From: Aquirhabdus sp.
Lineage (GTDB): Bacteria; Pseudomonadota; Gammaproteobacteria; Pseudomonadales; Moraxellaceae
DNA length: 64,000 nucleotides
NCBI RefSeq assembly: GCF_046462495.1
Contig: NZ_JBKGVE010000011.1
Location: 21,484-85,483 of the forward strand
Reading direction: 5' to 3'
This document shows positions 18,995 to 32,502 of this stretch, one piece after another. A model generated the notes under the pieces. That model did no database searches. It saw only the letters and a program-made list of their open reading frames with translations, and was not told where the DNA came from. Each line of letters starts with the position of its first letter. Within the stretch, counting starts at the first letter, position 1. A program made the translations under genes and the position numbers.

Positions 18995-20923
18995 TTAAAC
19001 CAGTAATGCACTTACGCGTTTGACATAAGCCGCTGGATCCTCAGGTAATCCACCTTCGGCCAATAATGCCTGATCAAATATGATATGGGCAAGATCATCA
19101 AAGTGAGTGGTTGAACCTTCCAGTTTTTTAACCAGCGCATGCTCGGGGTTGATTTCCAGAATGGGTTTGACGTCTGGGGCTTGTTGTCCCATTTGTTTTA
19201 GCATACGTGCTAATTGACTGGACATATCACCATCGGCACCAACCAAACAGGCAGGGCTATCAACAAGACGTGTCGTGACACGCACTTCTTGAGCTTTGTC
19301 TTTCAGTGATGCTGACAGTTTTTCAAGTAAAGGTTTGAAAGTTTCCGCAGCTTCTTCCGCAGCTTTCTTCTCATCTTCATCTTGCAGTTTGCCAAGATCA
19401 ACCGCACCTTTTGCGACACTTTGCAGTGGGGTACCATCGAACTCATTGAGGAAGTTCAGTGCCCACTCATCGACACGGTCTGCCATGAGCAAAACTTCAA
19501 TGCCCTTTTTCTTGAACAGTTCAAGTTGCGGACTATTTTTTGCAGCAGCAAGCGTTTCGGCAGTGATGTAGTAGATGGCATCTTGGCCCTCTTTCATACG
19601 TGCTTTGTAGTCAGCGAATGAAACGCTGGCTTCATCATGCGTGGTCGAGGCGAAGCGCAGTAATTTCGCGATTTTATCCTTATTGCTAAAGTCTTCACCT
19701 AAACCTTCTTTCAGTACCGAACCAAATTCTGCATAGAATTTACCGTATTTTTCTTGGTCAGCAGCGTCTGTGCTTGAGGACAGTGCATCGAGCATGGACA
19801 AAACGCGACGGGTATTACCTTCGCGAATGGCTTTGACATCACGGCTTTCTTGCAAGAGTTCACGACTGACGTTCAGTGGTAAGTCGGCGCTATCGATGAC
19901 GCCTTTAATAAAGCGTAAGTACATTGGCATTAAGCTTTCGGCTTCATCCATGATGAACACGCGTTTGACATACAGTTTGATGCCAGTTTTGACATCGCGG
20001 CTGAATAAGTCATGTGGCGCTTTAGCTGGGATATAGAGTAACTGCGTATATTCAGTGCTGCCTTCGACGCGATTATGACTCCAACTCAGCGGCGCTTCTT
20101 GATCACGGCTGAGTTGTTTATAGAACTCAATGTATTGTTCTTCGGTGATGTCTTTTTTGTTGCGAGTCCATAGGGCGCTTGCGGAGTTGATGGTTTCCCA
20201 TTCATCCGTTTTGACCATATGACCGGGTTCACCTTCGACTTCACTTTCTTGCCAGACTTCTTTTTGCATCAGGATTGGAAGGCTGATGTGGTCAGAGTAT
20301 TTATTGATAATACTTTTTAGTTTCCAGCCATTTAAATATTCCAGTGCGTCTTCGCGTAGATGCAGCGTAATGCTGGTGCCGCGTGCAGCACGGTCAATAG
20401 TTTCAACATCAAAATCACCCGTTCCACCACTGACCCAGCGCACCCCTTCGGCATGACTTAAACCCGCACGACGTGACTCGACAGTGATTTTGTCCGCTAC
20501 GATAAATCCGGAGTAGAAACCAACGCCAAACTGACCAATCAACTGTGCATCCGATTTTTGATCACCGCTGAGTTTGCTGACGAAGTCACGTGTGCCGCTT
20601 TTAGCGATAGTTCCTAAATTGTCGATCGCTTCTTGCTGGCTTAAACCAATGCCATTGTCGGTAATGGTGATGGTTTTGGCTTCAGTATCAAATGACACGC
20701 GTACAGAAAGGTTCGGTGCATCTTCAAACAGTGCAGCATTATTAATGCCTTCAAAACGCAGTTTGTCGCAGGCGTCAGACGCGTTTGAAACCAGCTCGCG
20801 CAGGAAAATTTCTGGGTTGGAGTAGAGAGAATGGGTTACTAAATGCAGTAATTGAGCGACTTCAGCCTGAAAACTGTAGCTCTTACTTTTATTGGAAGGA
20901 GTAGTTTCGTTTGACGTATCCAT
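18995..20923 (-). CDS. htpG: Chaperone HtpG (Hsp90)
   Basis: 'FQAEVAQLL', '[12 protein letters not shown]', '[10 protein letters not shown]'; ATG 20923 with AGAGGT RBS. Confidence 0.98.
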   Translation of the reverse strand: MDTSNETTPSNKSKSYSFQAEVAQLLHLVTHSLYSNPEIFLRELVSNASDACDKLRFEGINNAALFEDAPNLSVRVSFDTEAKTITITDNGIGLSQQEAIDNLGTIAKSGTRDFVSKLSGDQKSDAQLIGQFGVGFYSGFIVADKITVESRRAGLSHAEGVRWVSGGTGDFDVETIDRAARGTSITLHLREDALEYLNGWKLKSIINKYSDHISLPILMQKEVWQESEVEGEPGHMVKTDEWETINSASALWTRNKKDITEEQYIEFYKQLSRDQEAPLSWSHNRVEGSTEYTQLLYIPAKAPHDLFSRDVKTGIKLYVKRVFIMDEAESLMPMYLRFIKGVIDSADLPLNVSRELLQESRDVKAIREGNTRRVLSMLDALSSSTDAADQEKYGKFYAEFGSVLKEGLGEDFSNKDKIAKLLRFASTTHDEASVSFADYKARMKEGQDAIYYITAETLAAAKNSPQLELFKKKGIEVLLMADRVDEWALNFLNEFDGTPLQSVAKGAVDLGKLQDEDEKKAAEEAAETFKPLLEKLSASLKDKAQEVRVTTRLVDSPACLVGADGDMSSQLARMLKQMGQQAPDVKPILEINPEHALVKKLEGSTTHFDDLAHIIFDQALLAEGGLPEDPAAYVKRVSALLV

Positions 20924-20999
20924 TGAACGACCTCTTTTAAGTAGTGTTGACATCAATCTGGGGTGCCTGAGCACCCGCTTTAAATTTGAGTTGTTATAA

Positions 21000-21027
21000 G
21001 GGTGGGGCTGGTTGTGATGTTTTCAAG
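21000..21027 (-). promoter_or_regulatory. sigma32 heat-shock promoter of htpG
   Basis: Minus strand CTTGAAA-13 bp-CCCCAC. Confidence 0.75.
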
Positions 21028-21201
21028 CTTTAGCAGAGTAAACTGTTTATTTTCTCTATAAAAACGATAGGGCTAAAGAGATCGTTGTATAAAGCATGCG
21101 AGACAATCAACAGAAATGCTGAGGACTAGTTATCGCCTTCGCTTCGAGTTCAGGCTACACTTGCCAGACTTGAAATTTGATAGATAAAGATCCGACTTTC
21201 C

Positions 21202-22224
21202 ATGACCAATACAGCAAGCAAAACCCGTGTCCTTACGGGTATTACCACCACGGGTACTCCTCATCTCGGTAATTATGTCGGCGCTATCCGCCCGGCAATT
21301 CAAGCCAGTCTTGATCCCAATGTTCAGTCTTACTATTTCATGGCAGATTTGCATGCCTTAATCAAAAGCCAAGACCCCGCACGTGTACAGCAGTCACGCC
21401 TAGAGATTGCTGCAACTTGGTTGGCATTAGGTTTAAATACCGATAATGCCATTTTTTATCGTCAATCTGATGTGATTGAGACGACAGAGCTGATGTGGTT
21501 ACTGTCGTGTGTCTGTGATAAAGGTCGTATGAACCGCGCGCATGCTTATAAAGCGGCTGTTGCAGACAATCAGGCCGAAGGGCAGGATGACGATAAGGGC
21601 GTCACCATGGGTCTATTTGGCTATCCAGTGCTAATGGCAGCCGATATCCTGCTGTTTAACGCGCATAAAGTTCCTGTTGGCCGTGATCAGATTCAACACA
21701 TCGAAATGGCACGTGATATTGCTACGCGTTTTAATTACTTATTTAAAGAGGAGTTTTTTACGCTCCCTGAAGCCGTTGTCGATGAAACGACCGATGTTCT
21801 CGTGGGACTTGATGGCCGTAAAATGTCTAAAAGCTATAACAATACCATTCCACTGTTTTCGACCGAAAAAGAATTGTTGAAGCTTGTGCGTAAGATTACA
21901 ACCAACTCCCTTGAACCGGGTGAGCCAAAAGATCCCGATACCTGTTCTCTATTCGAGATTTATTCTGCATTTGCAACAGCGGAAGAAACTGCAGCAATGC
22001 GTGTGAAATATTTCGAAGGGATAGGCTGGGGTGCAGCCAAAAACGAATTGTTTGAATATCTCAATGGTGTCTTGACTGAGCCGCGTGCTCGCTATACCGA
22101 GCTGATGCAAAATCCTGCTTATATTGAGCAAGTCCTTACTCGCGGTGCAGAGCGCGCTCGTGATGAAGCTACGCCGTTTATGGCTCGTCTACGTAAGGCT
22201 GTGGGGTTAGGTCGCTTTGCATAA
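21202..22224 (+). CDS. trpS: Tryptophan--tRNA ligase
   Basis: HLGN (HIGH-like), 'VPVGRDQIQH', KMSKS. Confidence 0.97.
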   Translation: MTNTASKTRVLTGITTTGTPHLGNYVGAIRPAIQASLDPNVQSYYFMADLHALIKSQDPARVQQSRLEIAATWLALGLNTDNAIFYRQSDVIETTELMWLLSCVCDKGRMNRAHAYKAAVADNQAEGQDDDKGVTMGLFGYPVLMAADILLFNAHKVPVGRDQIQHIEMARDIATRFNYLFKEEFFTLPEAVVDETTDVLVGLDGRKMSKSYNNTIPLFSTEKELLKLVRKITTNSLEPGEPKDPDTCSLFEIYSAFATAEETAAMRVKYFEGIGWGAAKNELFEYLNGVLTEPRARYTELMQNPAYIEQVLTRGAERARDEATPFMARLRKAVGLGRFA

Positions 22225-22622
22225 ACATCGAGCGTAAAATTTCGCTTAATGTTGTTACTTACAATAATGATTAAGGCTTGATATTACATAACATTAAGCC
22301 TTCTCCATATTTTCTGCTGATTGTGTTGTCATGATTGGCAGATGATATATCTTGTTTGAAGTTTTGTGTGCTCTGCATGGAGCGCGTTCTTTCTCCCGTA
22401 CTTCATGAGTACAAGAGACCTCTTTTTTTCTTAAGTGCTTATTGTCATATTGAATTGATAAAATAGTGTAAAACGAGTTTATATTCAGGATTGCACTATT
22501 TTTAAAGAATTTTTATTGTGGCCTGCTTCTTTTTTTTGCCATATTTCTTTCGATTTGATTGCTAAGCATAAGAACTGTTTTATTCTAAATTTTTGACCCA
22601 ACCGATTTTAATTGGACTTATT

Positions 22623-23909
22623 ATGTCTACTGAACCACAGCCAAATTCTCCATCGAATCTCCCTCCAAAAGCCTCACAGCCTGCTTGGAAAAGATGGGCT
22701 AAATGGGCATTGTTTGTCCTGATCGTAGTGCTGATTATTGGCTTCACTTGGCGCCATTTTCATCCTGCGGGAGCCGCAAATAAAGCCGCAGGTGGTCAAG
22801 GCAAACGGGGTGGGCCAGGCATGAATCAACCGATGCCGGTACAAACAAAGGTTTTGGCCGCTGGTGATTTGAATGTGTATATCGAAGCATTGGGCAGTGT
22901 GGTTCCTAGGAGCTCTGTGACGGTACATCCTCGCGTGGATGGTGAGTTGGTTTCGGTTAATTTTAACGAAGGTCAGATCGTCAAAAAAGGGGATTTACTG
23001 CTGCAAATTGATCCGCGTCCTTATCAGGTTGCTTTGACCCAAGCCGAAGGTCAACTCGCTCGTGATCAAGCGCAATTGGTCAGTGCGCGTCAGGATTTGG
23101 TACGTTATCAGTCATTGGTTAAACAGGGCTCTGTATCACAACAGCAAGTTGATCAACAACAAGCCTTAGTCAAACAATATGAGGGTACGGTTAAATCGGA
23201 TCAGGGCCAAGTGGATAGTGCTCGTTTGAATTTGACTTATTCCCGTGTTACAGCACCAGTTAGTGGTCGTCTAGGTTTACGCCAAGTGGATGTGGGTAAT
23301 ATCGTTCATGCCTCAGATGCGAATGGTGTGGTGGTGATCAATCAATTTCAGCCCATCAACGTGACCTATTCGATCCCCGAAGACAATGTACAGAGCGTCT
23401 TAAAACAAGTTCATAGTGGAAAAACACTGAGCGTTGATGCCTTGGATCGTGCTCAGAAAAATAAGTTAGATAGTGGCATCCTTAAAAGTTTAGACAATGG
23501 CATCGATGCCACGACAGGCACATTAAAACTCAAAGCTGAGTTTGCCAATACCTCAGAAAATCTATATCCCAATCAATTTGTGAATGTTCGCATGCTGGTT
23601 GAGACACAGCATGATGTGACGCTACTGCCTTCTGCCGCGATTCAGCGCGGGGCCAAAGGGACTTTTGTTTTTGTAGTGAATGCGGACAGTACTGTAGAAG
23701 CCCGTCCTGTAACCCTCGGCTCAGTGGATGGTGACAATACCGGCGTGATTAGCGGCGTGAAAGCTGGTGAACAGGTGGTGTTTGACGGTGCGGACAAGCT
23801 GAAGGATGGTGGCAAGGTTAAAGTTATCCAGCCCCAGGCTGAAGGGGCGGCTCAAAGCGCAGCGGGTAGTGGCGCGCATCACGGTCATCGCCATCAGACA
23901 GCCTCGTAG
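22623..23909 (+). CDS. mdtA: RND efflux periplasmic adaptor MdtA/MuxA
   Basis: N-terminal TM anchor; 'TAPVSGRLGLRQVDVGN', 'LYPNQFVN'; ATG 22623. Confidence 0.9.
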   Translation: MSTEPQPNSPSNLPPKASQPAWKRWAKWALFVLIVVLIIGFTWRHFHPAGAANKAAGGQGKRGGPGMNQPMPVQTKVLAAGDLNVYIEALGSVVPRSSVTVHPRVDGELVSVNFNEGQIVKKGDLLLQIDPRPYQVALTQAEGQLARDQAQLVSARQDLVRYQSLVKQGSVSQQQVDQQQALVKQYEGTVKSDQGQVDSARLNLTYSRVTAPVSGRLGLRQVDVGNIVHASDANGVVVINQFQPINVTYSIPEDNVQSVLKQVHSGKTLSVDALDRAQKNKLDSGILKSLDNGIDATTGTLKLKAEFANTSENLYPNQFVNVRMLVETQHDVTLLPSAAIQRGAKGTFVFVVNADSTVEARPVTLGSVDGDNTGVISGVKAGEQVVFDGADKLKDGGKVKVIQPQAEGAAQSAAGSGAHHGHRHQTAS

Positions 23910-23921
23910 TCGGAGGCTGAT

Positions 23922-26900
23922 ATGAATCCATCACGCATATTTATCTTACGTCCCGTAGCGACGTCCCTGTTGATGCTTGCGATTTTACTCGCAGGCTTCA
24001 TGGCCTATCGTTTATTGCCGATTTCTGCGTTACCGGAAGTCGATTATCCGACGATTCAAGTGGTGACCTTATATCCAGGTGCAAGCCCGGACGTCACAAC
24101 GTCCTCAATTACAGCACCGCTTGAGCGCCAATTTGGACAAATGCCCGGCTTAAAACAGATGTCATCGACCAGTTCAGGCGGTGCATCGGTGATTACCTTG
24201 CAGTTCGATTTGTCTTTGAGTCTTGATATTGCTGAGCAGGAAGTACAGGCAGCGATTAATGCGGGTAACAATTTACTGCCTACTGATCTGCCCATGCCGC
24301 CGATTTACAGTAAAGTTAATCCAGCCGATACGCCGATTCTCACCATTGCGATTTCATCAAAAACGCTAACCTTGCCGCAAGTTGAGGACATGGTCGATAC
24401 GCGTTTGGCCCAGAAGATCTCACAGATTCCAGGTGTGGGCTTGGTGAGTATATCGGGTGGGCAGCGTCCTGCTGTTCGTATTCAAGCCAATCCGACCGCA
24501 CTGGCTTCTTATGGTTTGAATATCGATGATGTGCGTACTGCGATTGGAAATGCCAATACCAATCAGGCCAAAGGGAGCTTTGATGGGCCAATGCGGGCCT
24601 CTACAATTGACGCCAATGATCAACTCAAATCAGCGGAAGAGTATAAAAATCTCGTCCTTGCATATCGTAATGGCGCACCGGTGCGTTTATCTGATGTCGC
24701 GGATACGATAGATGGTGCTGAAAATACGCATCTCGCTGCATGGGCCAATAAGACGCCAGCCATGATCTTAAACATTCAACGTCAGCCCGGTGCTAATGTG
24801 ATTGATGTGGTTGATCGGATCAATCAATTACTGCCTCAGCTCAAGCAAGGCCTGCCACAGTCACTGGATGTTGAAGTCCTAACCGATCGAACCACGACTA
24901 TTCGCGCCTCAGTCACGGATACGTTGTTTGAGTTGATGTTGGCTGTTGTGCTCGTGGTCATGGTGATTTTTGTTTTTTTAAGAAGCGTTTCAGCGACTAT
25001 TATTCCCAGTATTGCAGTGCCTTTGTCCTTGATCGGCACCTTTGGTGTCATGTATCTGGCAGGTTTTTCCATTAATAACCTGACCTTAATGGCGCTAACG
25101 ATTGCAACAGGGTTTGTGGTCGATGATGCTATTGTGATGATCGAAAATATTTCGCGTTATATTGAAGAGGGCGATACGCCGCTTGAAGCCGCGCTCAAAG
25201 GTTCCAAGCAAATTGGTTTTACGATTATTTCTCTGACCATTTCCCTGATAGCGGTTTTGATTCCATTGCTTTTTATGGGTGATGTGGTCGGACGTTTATT
25301 CCGTGAGTTTGCGATTACCCTTGCGGTAGCGATTTTAATTTCAGCGGTTGTCTCACTGACACTGACACCCATGATGTGTGCCAAGCTGCTCCGTCATGTG
25401 CCGGAAGCGGAGCAGGGGCGTTTCTATCATGCCAGTGGGCGTTTCTTTGATCGGATAATTGCTCGTTACGGCAAGATGTTGACTTGGGTGCTGGACCGCC
25501 AAGGGCTCACGCTGATTGTCGCAACGGTCACCGTGTTGATTACTGTATTGCTGTATGTGGTAGTGCCCAAAGGATTCTTCCCGCTACAGGATACAGGCGT
25601 CATCCAAGGTATTTCTGATGCGACGCAGTCTATTTCTTTTGAAGGAATGGCAGAACGGCAGCAGGCTCTGGCGGATGTAGTCCTCAAAGACCCAGCGGTA
25701 GACAGCCTGACTTCATTTATTGGTGTCGATGGTACCAATACCTCTCTCAACAGTGGTCGGATGCTGATTAATCTGAAACCGCACGGTACGCGTGATTCTG
25801 CATCGGATGTGATCCGTCGCCTGCAACCTAAAATTGCTGAGGTTTCGGGCATTACCTTATTTATGCAGCCCGTACAGGATTTGACCATCGAAGATCGGGT
25901 GAGTCGGACACAGTATCAGTTCACGTTGCAGGATGCGGATCCGGCAGAGCTTGCGACGTGGGTGCCTAAGCTGGTTGATCGTTTAAGCCAGATCCCAGAA
26001 CTGGCTGACGTGGCAAGCGATCAGCAAAACAAAGGCTTACAAGCGTATATCGATATTGATCGTGATGCGGCAGGGCGTTTGGGGATTACCCCGGCAACCA
26101 TTGATAGTGCGCTGTATAGTGCTTATGGGCAGCGTCTAGTCTCGACGATTTTTACTCAGTCGAATCAGTATCGTGTCGTGCTTGAAGTTAAGCCTGAATT
26201 CCGAAACGGTCCCATTTCACTCAATGATCTGTATGTGACTGCGAATACCACGACCACATCAAATCTATCCGCCTCATCGGGAAGTACAGGGACCACCAGT
26301 ACGACAACCAGTGTATCGAGTCGTCAAGTGCCTTTGTCTACGGTTGCCCACGTGGTGGAGCAGCCTAGTTCTTTGGTTATTAACCATTTGGGTCAGTTCC
26401 CAGCGAATACAATCTCATTCAATTTAGCCAAGGGCGCATCCCTTGGGGACGCCGTCAAAGCAATTGAAGCCGCTGAGAAAGAGATTGCTATGCCAAGTAG
26501 CATTCAAACTGAATTTCAAGGCGCAGCGCTGGCTTTTCAGGCCGCACTCTCCAATCAATTGTGGCTGATTCTTGCTGCTATTGTGGTGATGTATATCGTG
26601 CTTGGCGTATTGTATGAAAGCTACATCCATCCTGTGACTATTCTTTCGACATTGCCTTCAGCGGGGATTGGTGCGCTGTTAGCATTATTATTATCGGGGA
26701 CAGACTTAAGCGTCATTGCCATTATTGGCGTGATTCTGTTGATCGGTATTGTCAAAAAGAACGCAATTATGATGATCGACTTTGCCGTCGAGGCTGAGCG
26801 TGTCGAGGGGAAATCCCCGCGAGAGGCGATCTATCAAGCGTGTTTATTACGTTTCCGTCCTATCCTGATGACGACTTTAGCTGCATTGCTTGGTGCATTG

Positions 26901-27110
26901 CCACTGATGATTGGTAGTGGTGTGGGGTCCGAATTACGTCATCCACTTGGGATTACCATGGTTGGTGGTCTGCTGGTGAGTCAAGTGTTGACCTTGTTTA
27001 CGACCCCGGTGATCTATCTGACCTTTGAGCGCGCTCGCTTACGTGTTGTCGCATGGCGTGAGAAACGATCAAATGCTCAGGCACGTTCATCAGGCGGCAG
27101 TGCGTTATGA
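23922..27110 (+). CDS. mdtB: RND efflux permease MdtB/MuxB
   Basis: '[18 protein letters not shown]', 'GFVVDDAIV', '[15 protein letters not shown]'. Confidence 0.95.
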   Translation: MNPSRIFILRPVATSLLMLAILLAGFMAYRLLPISALPEVDYPTIQVVTLYPGASPDVTTSSITAPLERQFGQMPGLKQMSSTSSGGASVITLQFDLSLSLDIAEQEVQAAINAGNNLLPTDLPMPPIYSKVNPADTPILTIAISSKTLTLPQVEDMVDTRLAQKISQIPGVGLVSISGGQRPAVRIQANPTALASYGLNIDDVRTAIGNANTNQAKGSFDGPMRASTIDANDQLKSAEEYKNLVLAYRNGAPVRLSDVADTIDGAENTHLAAWANKTPAMILNIQRQPGANVIDVVDRINQLLPQLKQGLPQSLDVEVLTDRTTTIRASVTDTLFELMLAVVLVVMVIFVFLRSVSATIIPSIAVPLSLIGTFGVMYLAGFSINNLTLMALTIATGFVVDDAIVMIENISRYIEEGDTPLEAALKGSKQIGFTIISLTISLIAVLIPLLFMGDVVGRLFREFAITLAVAILISAVVSLTLTPMMCAKLLRHVPEAEQGRFYHASGRFFDRIIARYGKMLTWVLDRQGLTLIVATVTVLITVLLYVVVPKGFFPLQDTGVIQGISDATQSISFEGMAERQQALADVVLKDPAVDSLTSFIGVDGTNTSLNSGRMLINLKPHGTRDSASDVIRRLQPKIAEVSGITLFMQPVQDLTIEDRVSRTQYQFTLQDADPAELATWVPKLVDRLSQIPELADVASDQQNKGLQAYIDIDRDAAGRLGITPATIDSALYSAYGQRLVSTIFTQSNQYRVVLEVKPEFRNGPISLNDLYVTANTTTTSNLSASSGSTGTTSTTTSVSSRQVPLSTVAHVVEQPSSLVINHLGQFPANTISFNLAKGASLGDAVKAIEAAEKEIAMPSSIQTEFQGAALAFQAALSNQLWLILAAIVVMYIVLGVLYESYIHPVTILSTLPSAGIGALLALLLSGTDLSVIAIIGVILLIGIVKKNAIMMIDFAVEAERVEGKSPREAIYQACLLRFRPILMTTLAALLGALPLMIGSGVGSELRHPLGITMVGGLLVSQVLTLFTTPVIYLTFERARLRVVAWREKRSNAQARSSGGSAL

Positions 27111-30100
27111 GTTTTTCAGCGATTTTTATCAAGCGGGCAGTGGCAACCACACTGCTGAGCTTCGGCATCGCATTGTCGGGGATCGTGGCATTTAATTTGC
27201 TACCTGTCTCACCGCTGCCACAGGTCGATTATCCGACCATTTCTGTGCAGGCGTCCTTGCCCGGTGCATCGCCTGAAACCATGGCTTCAACGGTTGCGAC
27301 CCCGCTAGAGCGATCACTTGGGCGGATTGCGGGTATCACGGAAATGACATCGAGCAGTTCACTGGGTTCAACCCGTGTGACACTGCAATTTGATCTCAAT
27401 CGTGATATCGATGGTGCCGCACGTGATGTGCAAGCGGCGATTAATGCTGCACGTAGCTTACTGCCTTCTGGGATGCCGAGTAACCCAAGCTATCGGAAGG
27501 TAAATCCGGCCGATGCGCCGGTCATGATTTTGGCGCTGACCTCAAAAACCATGAGCCAAGGTCAGATGTATGATGCGGCATCCACGATCCTTGCGCAAAA
27601 GATCGCTCAAGTTCAGGGGGTGGGGCAGGTGAGTGTGGGCGGGAGTTCACTGCCGGCCGTGCGGGTAGAGCTTAATCCAACGGCGCTGAATAAATATGGT
27701 ATTGCGCTTGAAACTGTTCGTACGACACTCGCAGGTGCCAATGCCAATCGCCCCAAGGGTTCACTGGAAAAGGGAGATCAGCATTGGCAGATCTATGCCA
27801 GTGATCAAGCCAAGACTGCCCAAGAATATATTCCCCTGATCATCAGCTATAACAATGGCAATGCGGTTCGGCTATCAGACGTTGCTTCCGTTACGGACTC
27901 TGTTGAAAATATCCGCAATGCGGGGATGTCTGCAGGTGAACCCTCAGTGTTGGTGATTATTAATCGCCAACCGGGTGCAAACATTCTAGAGACGGTACAA
28001 CGTATCCGGGATTTGTTGCCACAAATGCAGGCGTCGATGCCTGCCGCAATTGACGTCAAAGTTGCCAATGACCGCACACCGACCATTCGTGCTTCGCTAG
28101 AGAGTGTTGAGGAGACGCTGATTATCTCGATTGGTCTGGTGATCATGGTGGTCTTCATATTCCTGCGTAATGGTCGTGCAACTTTAATTCCCAGCATGGC
28201 TGTGCCCATTTCATTGCTGGGAACCTTTAGCATTATGTATATGGCAGGGTTTAGTCTGAATAACCTGTCACTCATGGCGTTGACGGTTGCCACTGGTTTT
28301 GTGGTGGATGATGCGATTGTGGTTCTGGAAAACATTACCCGTCATATCGAAGAGGGGATGGAACCGATGGCGGCTGCCTTACAAGGCGCCCGTGAAGTCA
28401 GCTTCACCGTGGTTTCGATGAGCATTTCCTTGATTGCCGTATTTATTCCTATTCTGATGATGGGCGGCATCATTGGTCGGCTTTTTCATGAGTTTGCTGT
28501 GACGTTATCGGCTGCGATCTTGGTCTCACTCGTCGTGTCGCTCACACTGACACCGATGATGTGCTCAAGGCTGTTACGTCCAATTAAGGAAAAGAAGCCA
28601 AATGGTAAGCTTTTTCAGGCCAGTGAAAATTTCTTTAACTATCTGCTAGATGGCTATCGCAGGTCTTTGGCATGGGCGCTTGTGCACCGTGGCATTATGC
28701 TGTTGATCTTACTCATTACTGTCGGTTTGAATGTCTATCTCTACGTGATTGTGCCTAAAGGCTTCTTTCCTCAGCAAGACACAGGACGATTGATGGGGCA
28801 GATTCAAGGGGATCAGAGTATCTCGTTTCAGGCCATGCGTCAGAAACTACAAGACTTCATGTTGATCGTCAAAAAAGATCCGGATGTAGATACGGTGGTC
28901 GGTTTTACCGGTGGTGGTCAGGTGAATGGCGGCAATATGTTTATTGCCTTAAAGCCGCTGTCCGAGCGCACCGATAATGCGGATGCTGTAATCGCACGCT
29001 TGCGCAAGAAACTTGCTCATGAGCCGGGTGCGACATTATTTTTGCAAGCGGTGCAAGATATTCGAGTGGGTGGACGAGCAAGTCAAGCGCAGTATCAATA
29101 CACCTTACAAGCGGATGATATTGCGACCTTGAATGAGTGGGCGCCGAAGATCCAAGCCGAATTGGCAAAGTCTCCAGTGCTTGCCGATGTCAACACGGAT
29201 CAGCAAGGAAAGGGTTCACAAACGACGCTGGTGATGAATCGTGATGAACTTGCACGGCTTAATTTGACCGTTTCACAGGTTGATTCCACACTCAATGATG
29301 CATTTGGTCAACGACAGGTATCGACCATTTATATGCCATTGAATCAGTATCATGTAGTCATGGAGGTTGCGCCGGAGTATTGGCAAAGCCCTGAGGCCTT
29401 GAAAAGCATTTACATGATTACGTCATCAGGCAAGCAGGTTCCTCTGTCTGCTGTGGCCCATTATGAACCGACATTTACTTCGCTTACCGTAAATCACCAA
29501 GGCCAGTTTGTTGCCACAACCATTTCGTTCAACTTACCTCAAGGCAAATCGTTATCGGATGCAACAGCAGTGATTAACGATACGATGGCGCGTTTAGGTG
29601 TTCCCACATCGGTTCATGGCAGTTTTCAGGGCAATGCCAAAGCATTTCAGGATTCTCTCAATTCTCAGCCGATGTTGATCTTGGCGGCATTACTCACGAT
29701 GTATATCGTGCTTGGCGTATTGTATGAGAGCTATATTCATCCGATTACAATTTTGTCGACGCTCCCCTCAGCGGGCGTTGGGGCATTATTAGCACTCATG
29801 CTCTTCAACACTGAATTTAGCATTATTGCCTTAATCGCAATTCTGCTTTTGATCGGGATTGTGAAGAAAAATGCCATCATGATGATCGATTTTGCATTGC
29901 AGGCACAGCGCCAGCAAGGCTTAAGTGCGCGGGATGCGATTTATGAGGCCTGTCAGTTACGCTTTAGGCCGATCATGATGACAACCATGGCCGCGATGCT
30001 CGGGGCGGTCCCTCTTGCGCTTGGTCATGGTGATGGTGCAGAGATGCGTCAGCCACTGGGTATTGCGATTGTCGGTGGTTTAATTTTGAGTCAGCTTTTG

Positions 30101-30211
30101 ACCCTGTATACCACGCCCATTGTATTTATTGGCATGGATAGTATTCGTCAGCGTGTGCTACGTTGGCGTGGGCAGTCCGATGTGCCTCCAAAATTGGCAA
30201 ATCCGCACTAG
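27107..30211 (+). CDS. mdtC: RND efflux permease MdtC/MuxC
   Basis: Paralogue of the upstream gene with ATGA overlap; '[14 protein letters not shown]'. Confidence 0.95.
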   Translation: MSFSAIFIKRAVATTLLSFGIALSGIVAFNLLPVSPLPQVDYPTISVQASLPGASPETMASTVATPLERSLGRIAGITEMTSSSSLGSTRVTLQFDLNRDIDGAARDVQAAINAARSLLPSGMPSNPSYRKVNPADAPVMILALTSKTMSQGQMYDAASTILAQKIAQVQGVGQVSVGGSSLPAVRVELNPTALNKYGIALETVRTTLAGANANRPKGSLEKGDQHWQIYASDQAKTAQEYIPLIISYNNGNAVRLSDVASVTDSVENIRNAGMSAGEPSVLVIINRQPGANILETVQRIRDLLPQMQASMPAAIDVKVANDRTPTIRASLESVEETLIISIGLVIMVVFIFLRNGRATLIPSMAVPISLLGTFSIMYMAGFSLNNLSLMALTVATGFVVDDAIVVLENITRHIEEGMEPMAAALQGAREVSFTVVSMSISLIAVFIPILMMGGIIGRLFHEFAVTLSAAILVSLVVSLTLTPMMCSRLLRPIKEKKPNGKLFQASENFFNYLLDGYRRSLAWALVHRGIMLLILLITVGLNVYLYVIVPKGFFPQQDTGRLMGQIQGDQSISFQAMRQKLQDFMLIVKKDPDVDTVVGFTGGGQVNGGNMFIALKPLSERTDNADAVIARLRKKLAHEPGATLFLQAVQDIRVGGRASQAQYQYTLQADDIATLNEWAPKIQAELAKSPVLADVNTDQQGKGSQTTLVMNRDELARLNLTVSQVDSTLNDAFGQRQVSTIYMPLNQYHVVMEVAPEYWQSPEALKSIYMITSSGKQVPLSAVAHYEPTFTSLTVNHQGQFVATTISFNLPQGKSLSDATAVINDTMARLGVPTSVHGSFQGNAKAFQDSLNSQPMLILAALLTMYIVLGVLYESYIHPITILSTLPSAGVGALLALMLFNTEFSIIALIAILLLIGIVKKNAIMMIDFALQAQRQQGLSARDAIYEACQLRFRPIMMTTMAAMLGAVPLALGHGDGAEMRQPLGIAIVGGLILSQLLTLYTTPIVFIGMDSIRQRVLRWRGQSDVPPKLANPH

Positions 30212-30290
30212 TTTAATGGGCTAAGTCATTCAAATTGTCAGTTTTTGCGACTGCTGTTGAGTTATTGTTATGTCATGATGTCTTATTATT

Positions 30291-30316
30291 GGGCACGCCA
30301 TTCAGCGTGCTTTTTT
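30291..30316 (+). terminator. Intrinsic terminator of mdtABC
   Basis: GCACGC-cattca-GCGTGC-T6. Confidence 0.7.
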
Positions 30317-30368
30317 ATGGTAATTTATAACCAATTGATAACGACTCGTCGACAAGGGATATTTAACA

Positions 30369-32345
30369 ATGACAGCCGTCAGCAGCACAGCCAATACTGA
30401 AAGCCATGCCTCCGTACTTCATGAAAACCGCGTATTTCCACCTAGCGCGGCATATCTTGCCCAAACAACGCTTGATGCCGATACCTTTGCCCAACTCAAG
30501 CGTGAAGCTGATCTTGATCTGGATGCATTTTGGAGTCATCGCGCACGTGAGTTACTGACTTGGGAGAAGCCTTTTACCCAAGGTTTGGATGAAACGCAGG
30601 CCCCTTTTTATCAGTGGTTTGCCGACGGCACACTTAATGTCTCTTTCAATTGCCTGGATCGTCATCTGGGGACACAAGCGGATAAAGTCGCTTTAATCGC
30701 GGAAGCGGATGATGGTTCTGCCGAATATATTACTTATCAAACACTCTATGAGCGTGTTTGCCTATTTGCCAATGGTCTTAAGTCTTTGGGCGTGGTTGCT
30801 GGCGATCGGGTCATTATCTATATGCCCATGGTGGCCAATGCTGTGGTTGCCATGCAAGCCTGCGCGCGACTAGGGGCCATCCATTCTGTGGTCTTTGGGG
30901 GATTTTCCTCCAAAAGTCTTGCAGAGCGCATTATTGATGCGGAAGCCAAAGTAGTCATTACGGCCAATGTTGGCTATCGAGGCGGTAAACCCATCGAGCT
31001 GAAGAAGACCGTCGATGAGGCTGTCGCACAGTCCAATCATTTGGTTGAGCATGTGGTTGTCTGGGCGCGTGATCAAACCGAGACAGTCATGCAGGCACGC
31101 GATATCTGGTGGCATGATTTAACCGCACAACAAACGACAGATTGTCCGCCGGTGTGGGTCTCTGCTGAGCATCCCTTATTTATTTTATACACATCAGGTT
31201 CAACGGGTAAGCCTAAAGGCGTACAGCACTCTAGTGCCGGTTATTTGCTTGGCGCATTGCAAAGCTTTAAATGGACTTTTGATCAGCAGCCCAATGACGT
31301 ATTTTGGTGTACGGCAGATGTGGGCTGGATTACTGGCCATAGCTATGTTGCCTATGGGCCATTGGCAGCGGGTGCCACTCAGGTGGTTTTTGAAGGGGTT
31401 CCGACTTTTCCGGATGCTTCAAGATTTTGGCAGATGATTGAGAAGCACAAAGTTTCGATCTTCTACACCGCACCGACAGCAATTCGCTCACTGATTAAAT
31501 TAGGTGCAGATTTACCTACGAAGCACGATCTATCTTCGCTGCGTTTGCTGGGAAGTGTGGGGGAACCGATTAACCCCGAAGCATGGATCTGGTACTACAA
31601 CGTGGTTGGTGGTGCTCGTTGTCCCATTGTGGACACTTGGTGGCAGACTGAAACCGGAAGTCAAATGTTGACGCCATTACCGGGAGCTGTTGCGACCAAA
31701 CCCGGTTCTTGCGCGTTCCCATTGCCAGGGTTGTCGATCAATATTCTGGATGAAGTCTTACAGCCAACGGCACCCCGTGAAGCTGGTACGTTGGTCATTG
31801 AACGCCCATTTCCTTCGATGGTGCGGACATTGTGGCGTGATCCTGAGCGTTTTAAAACGGCCTATTTCCCTGAGGAATTTGGCGGACGCTATGTCGCAGG
31901 CGATAGCGCTATGCGCGATGAGGACGGTTATTTCTGGATTCTAGGTCGTACCGATGACGTATTGAATGTTTCTGGTCATCGCTTAGGAACAATGGAAATA
32001 GAGTCGGCTCTCGTGGCCAATCCTCTTGTGGCTGAAGCGGCTGTTGTGGGGCGTCCTGATGAGGTGACAGGCGAGGCGGTTGTTGCCTTTGTGACGCTGA
32101 AAGGCGAGCGCCCTACGGGTGATGCTGCCCTTGAAATGATCAAGACCCTGAAAGCCTTTGTCGGTCAGGAGATTGGTGCGATTGCTCGTCCTGCGGATAT
32201 ACGTTTCAGTGATGCCTTACCCAAGACGCGCAGTGGCAAAATCATGCGCCGTTTATTGCGTTCTATTGCACGCGGTGATGCGATTACGCAGGATATTTCT
32301 ACACTGGAAAATCCAGCGATTATCAAGCAACTGCAAGAAGGCTAA
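30369..32345 (+). CDS. acs: Acetyl-CoA synthetase
   Basis: [31 protein letters not shown]. Confidence 0.97.
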   Translation: MTAVSSTANTESHASVLHENRVFPPSAAYLAQTTLDADTFAQLKREADLDLDAFWSHRARELLTWEKPFTQGLDETQAPFYQWFADGTLNVSFNCLDRHLGTQADKVALIAEADDGSAEYITYQTLYERVCLFANGLKSLGVVAGDRVIIYMPMVANAVVAMQACARLGAIHSVVFGGFSSKSLAERIIDAEAKVVITANVGYRGGKPIELKKTVDEAVAQSNHLVEHVVVWARDQTETVMQARDIWWHDLTAQQTTDCPPVWVSAEHPLFILYTSGSTGKPKGVQHSSAGYLLGALQSFKWTFDQQPNDVFWCTADVGWITGHSYVAYGPLAAGATQVVFEGVPTFPDASRFWQMIEKHKVSIFYTAPTAIRSLIKLGADLPTKHDLSSLRLLGSVGEPINPEAWIWYYNVVGGARCPIVDTWWQTETGSQMLTPLPGAVATKPGSCAFPLPGLSINILDEVLQPTAPREAGTLVIERPFPSMVRTLWRDPERFKTAYFPEEFGGRYVAGDSAMRDEDGYFWILGRTDDVLNVSGHRLGTMEIESALVANPLVAEAAVVGRPDEVTGEAVVAFVTLKGERPTGDAALEMIKTLKAFVGQEIGAIARPADIRFSDALPKTRSGKIMRRLLRSIARGDAITQDISTLENPAIIKQLQEG

Positions 32346-32356
32346 TCCATTATAAG

Positions 32357-32393
32357 TAAGGCCTGTAGTCAATTATTTTGACTACAGGCCTTA
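32357..32393. terminator. 16-bp-arm inverted repeat after acs (terminator/stabilising hairpin)
   Basis: TAAGGCCTGTAGTCAA-ttatt-TTGACTACAGGCCTTA between convergent acs and nth. Confidence 0.7.
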
Positions 32394-32502
32394 TTGTTTC
32401 TACTTAATGACTTGGTTCTATGATTTCTTTATTGACCAAAAAGTTCCTGCTACAGGGGGGCTTGATTGTCAGGTGTTACATGTTACAGAGGGTGAATAAG
32501 GT

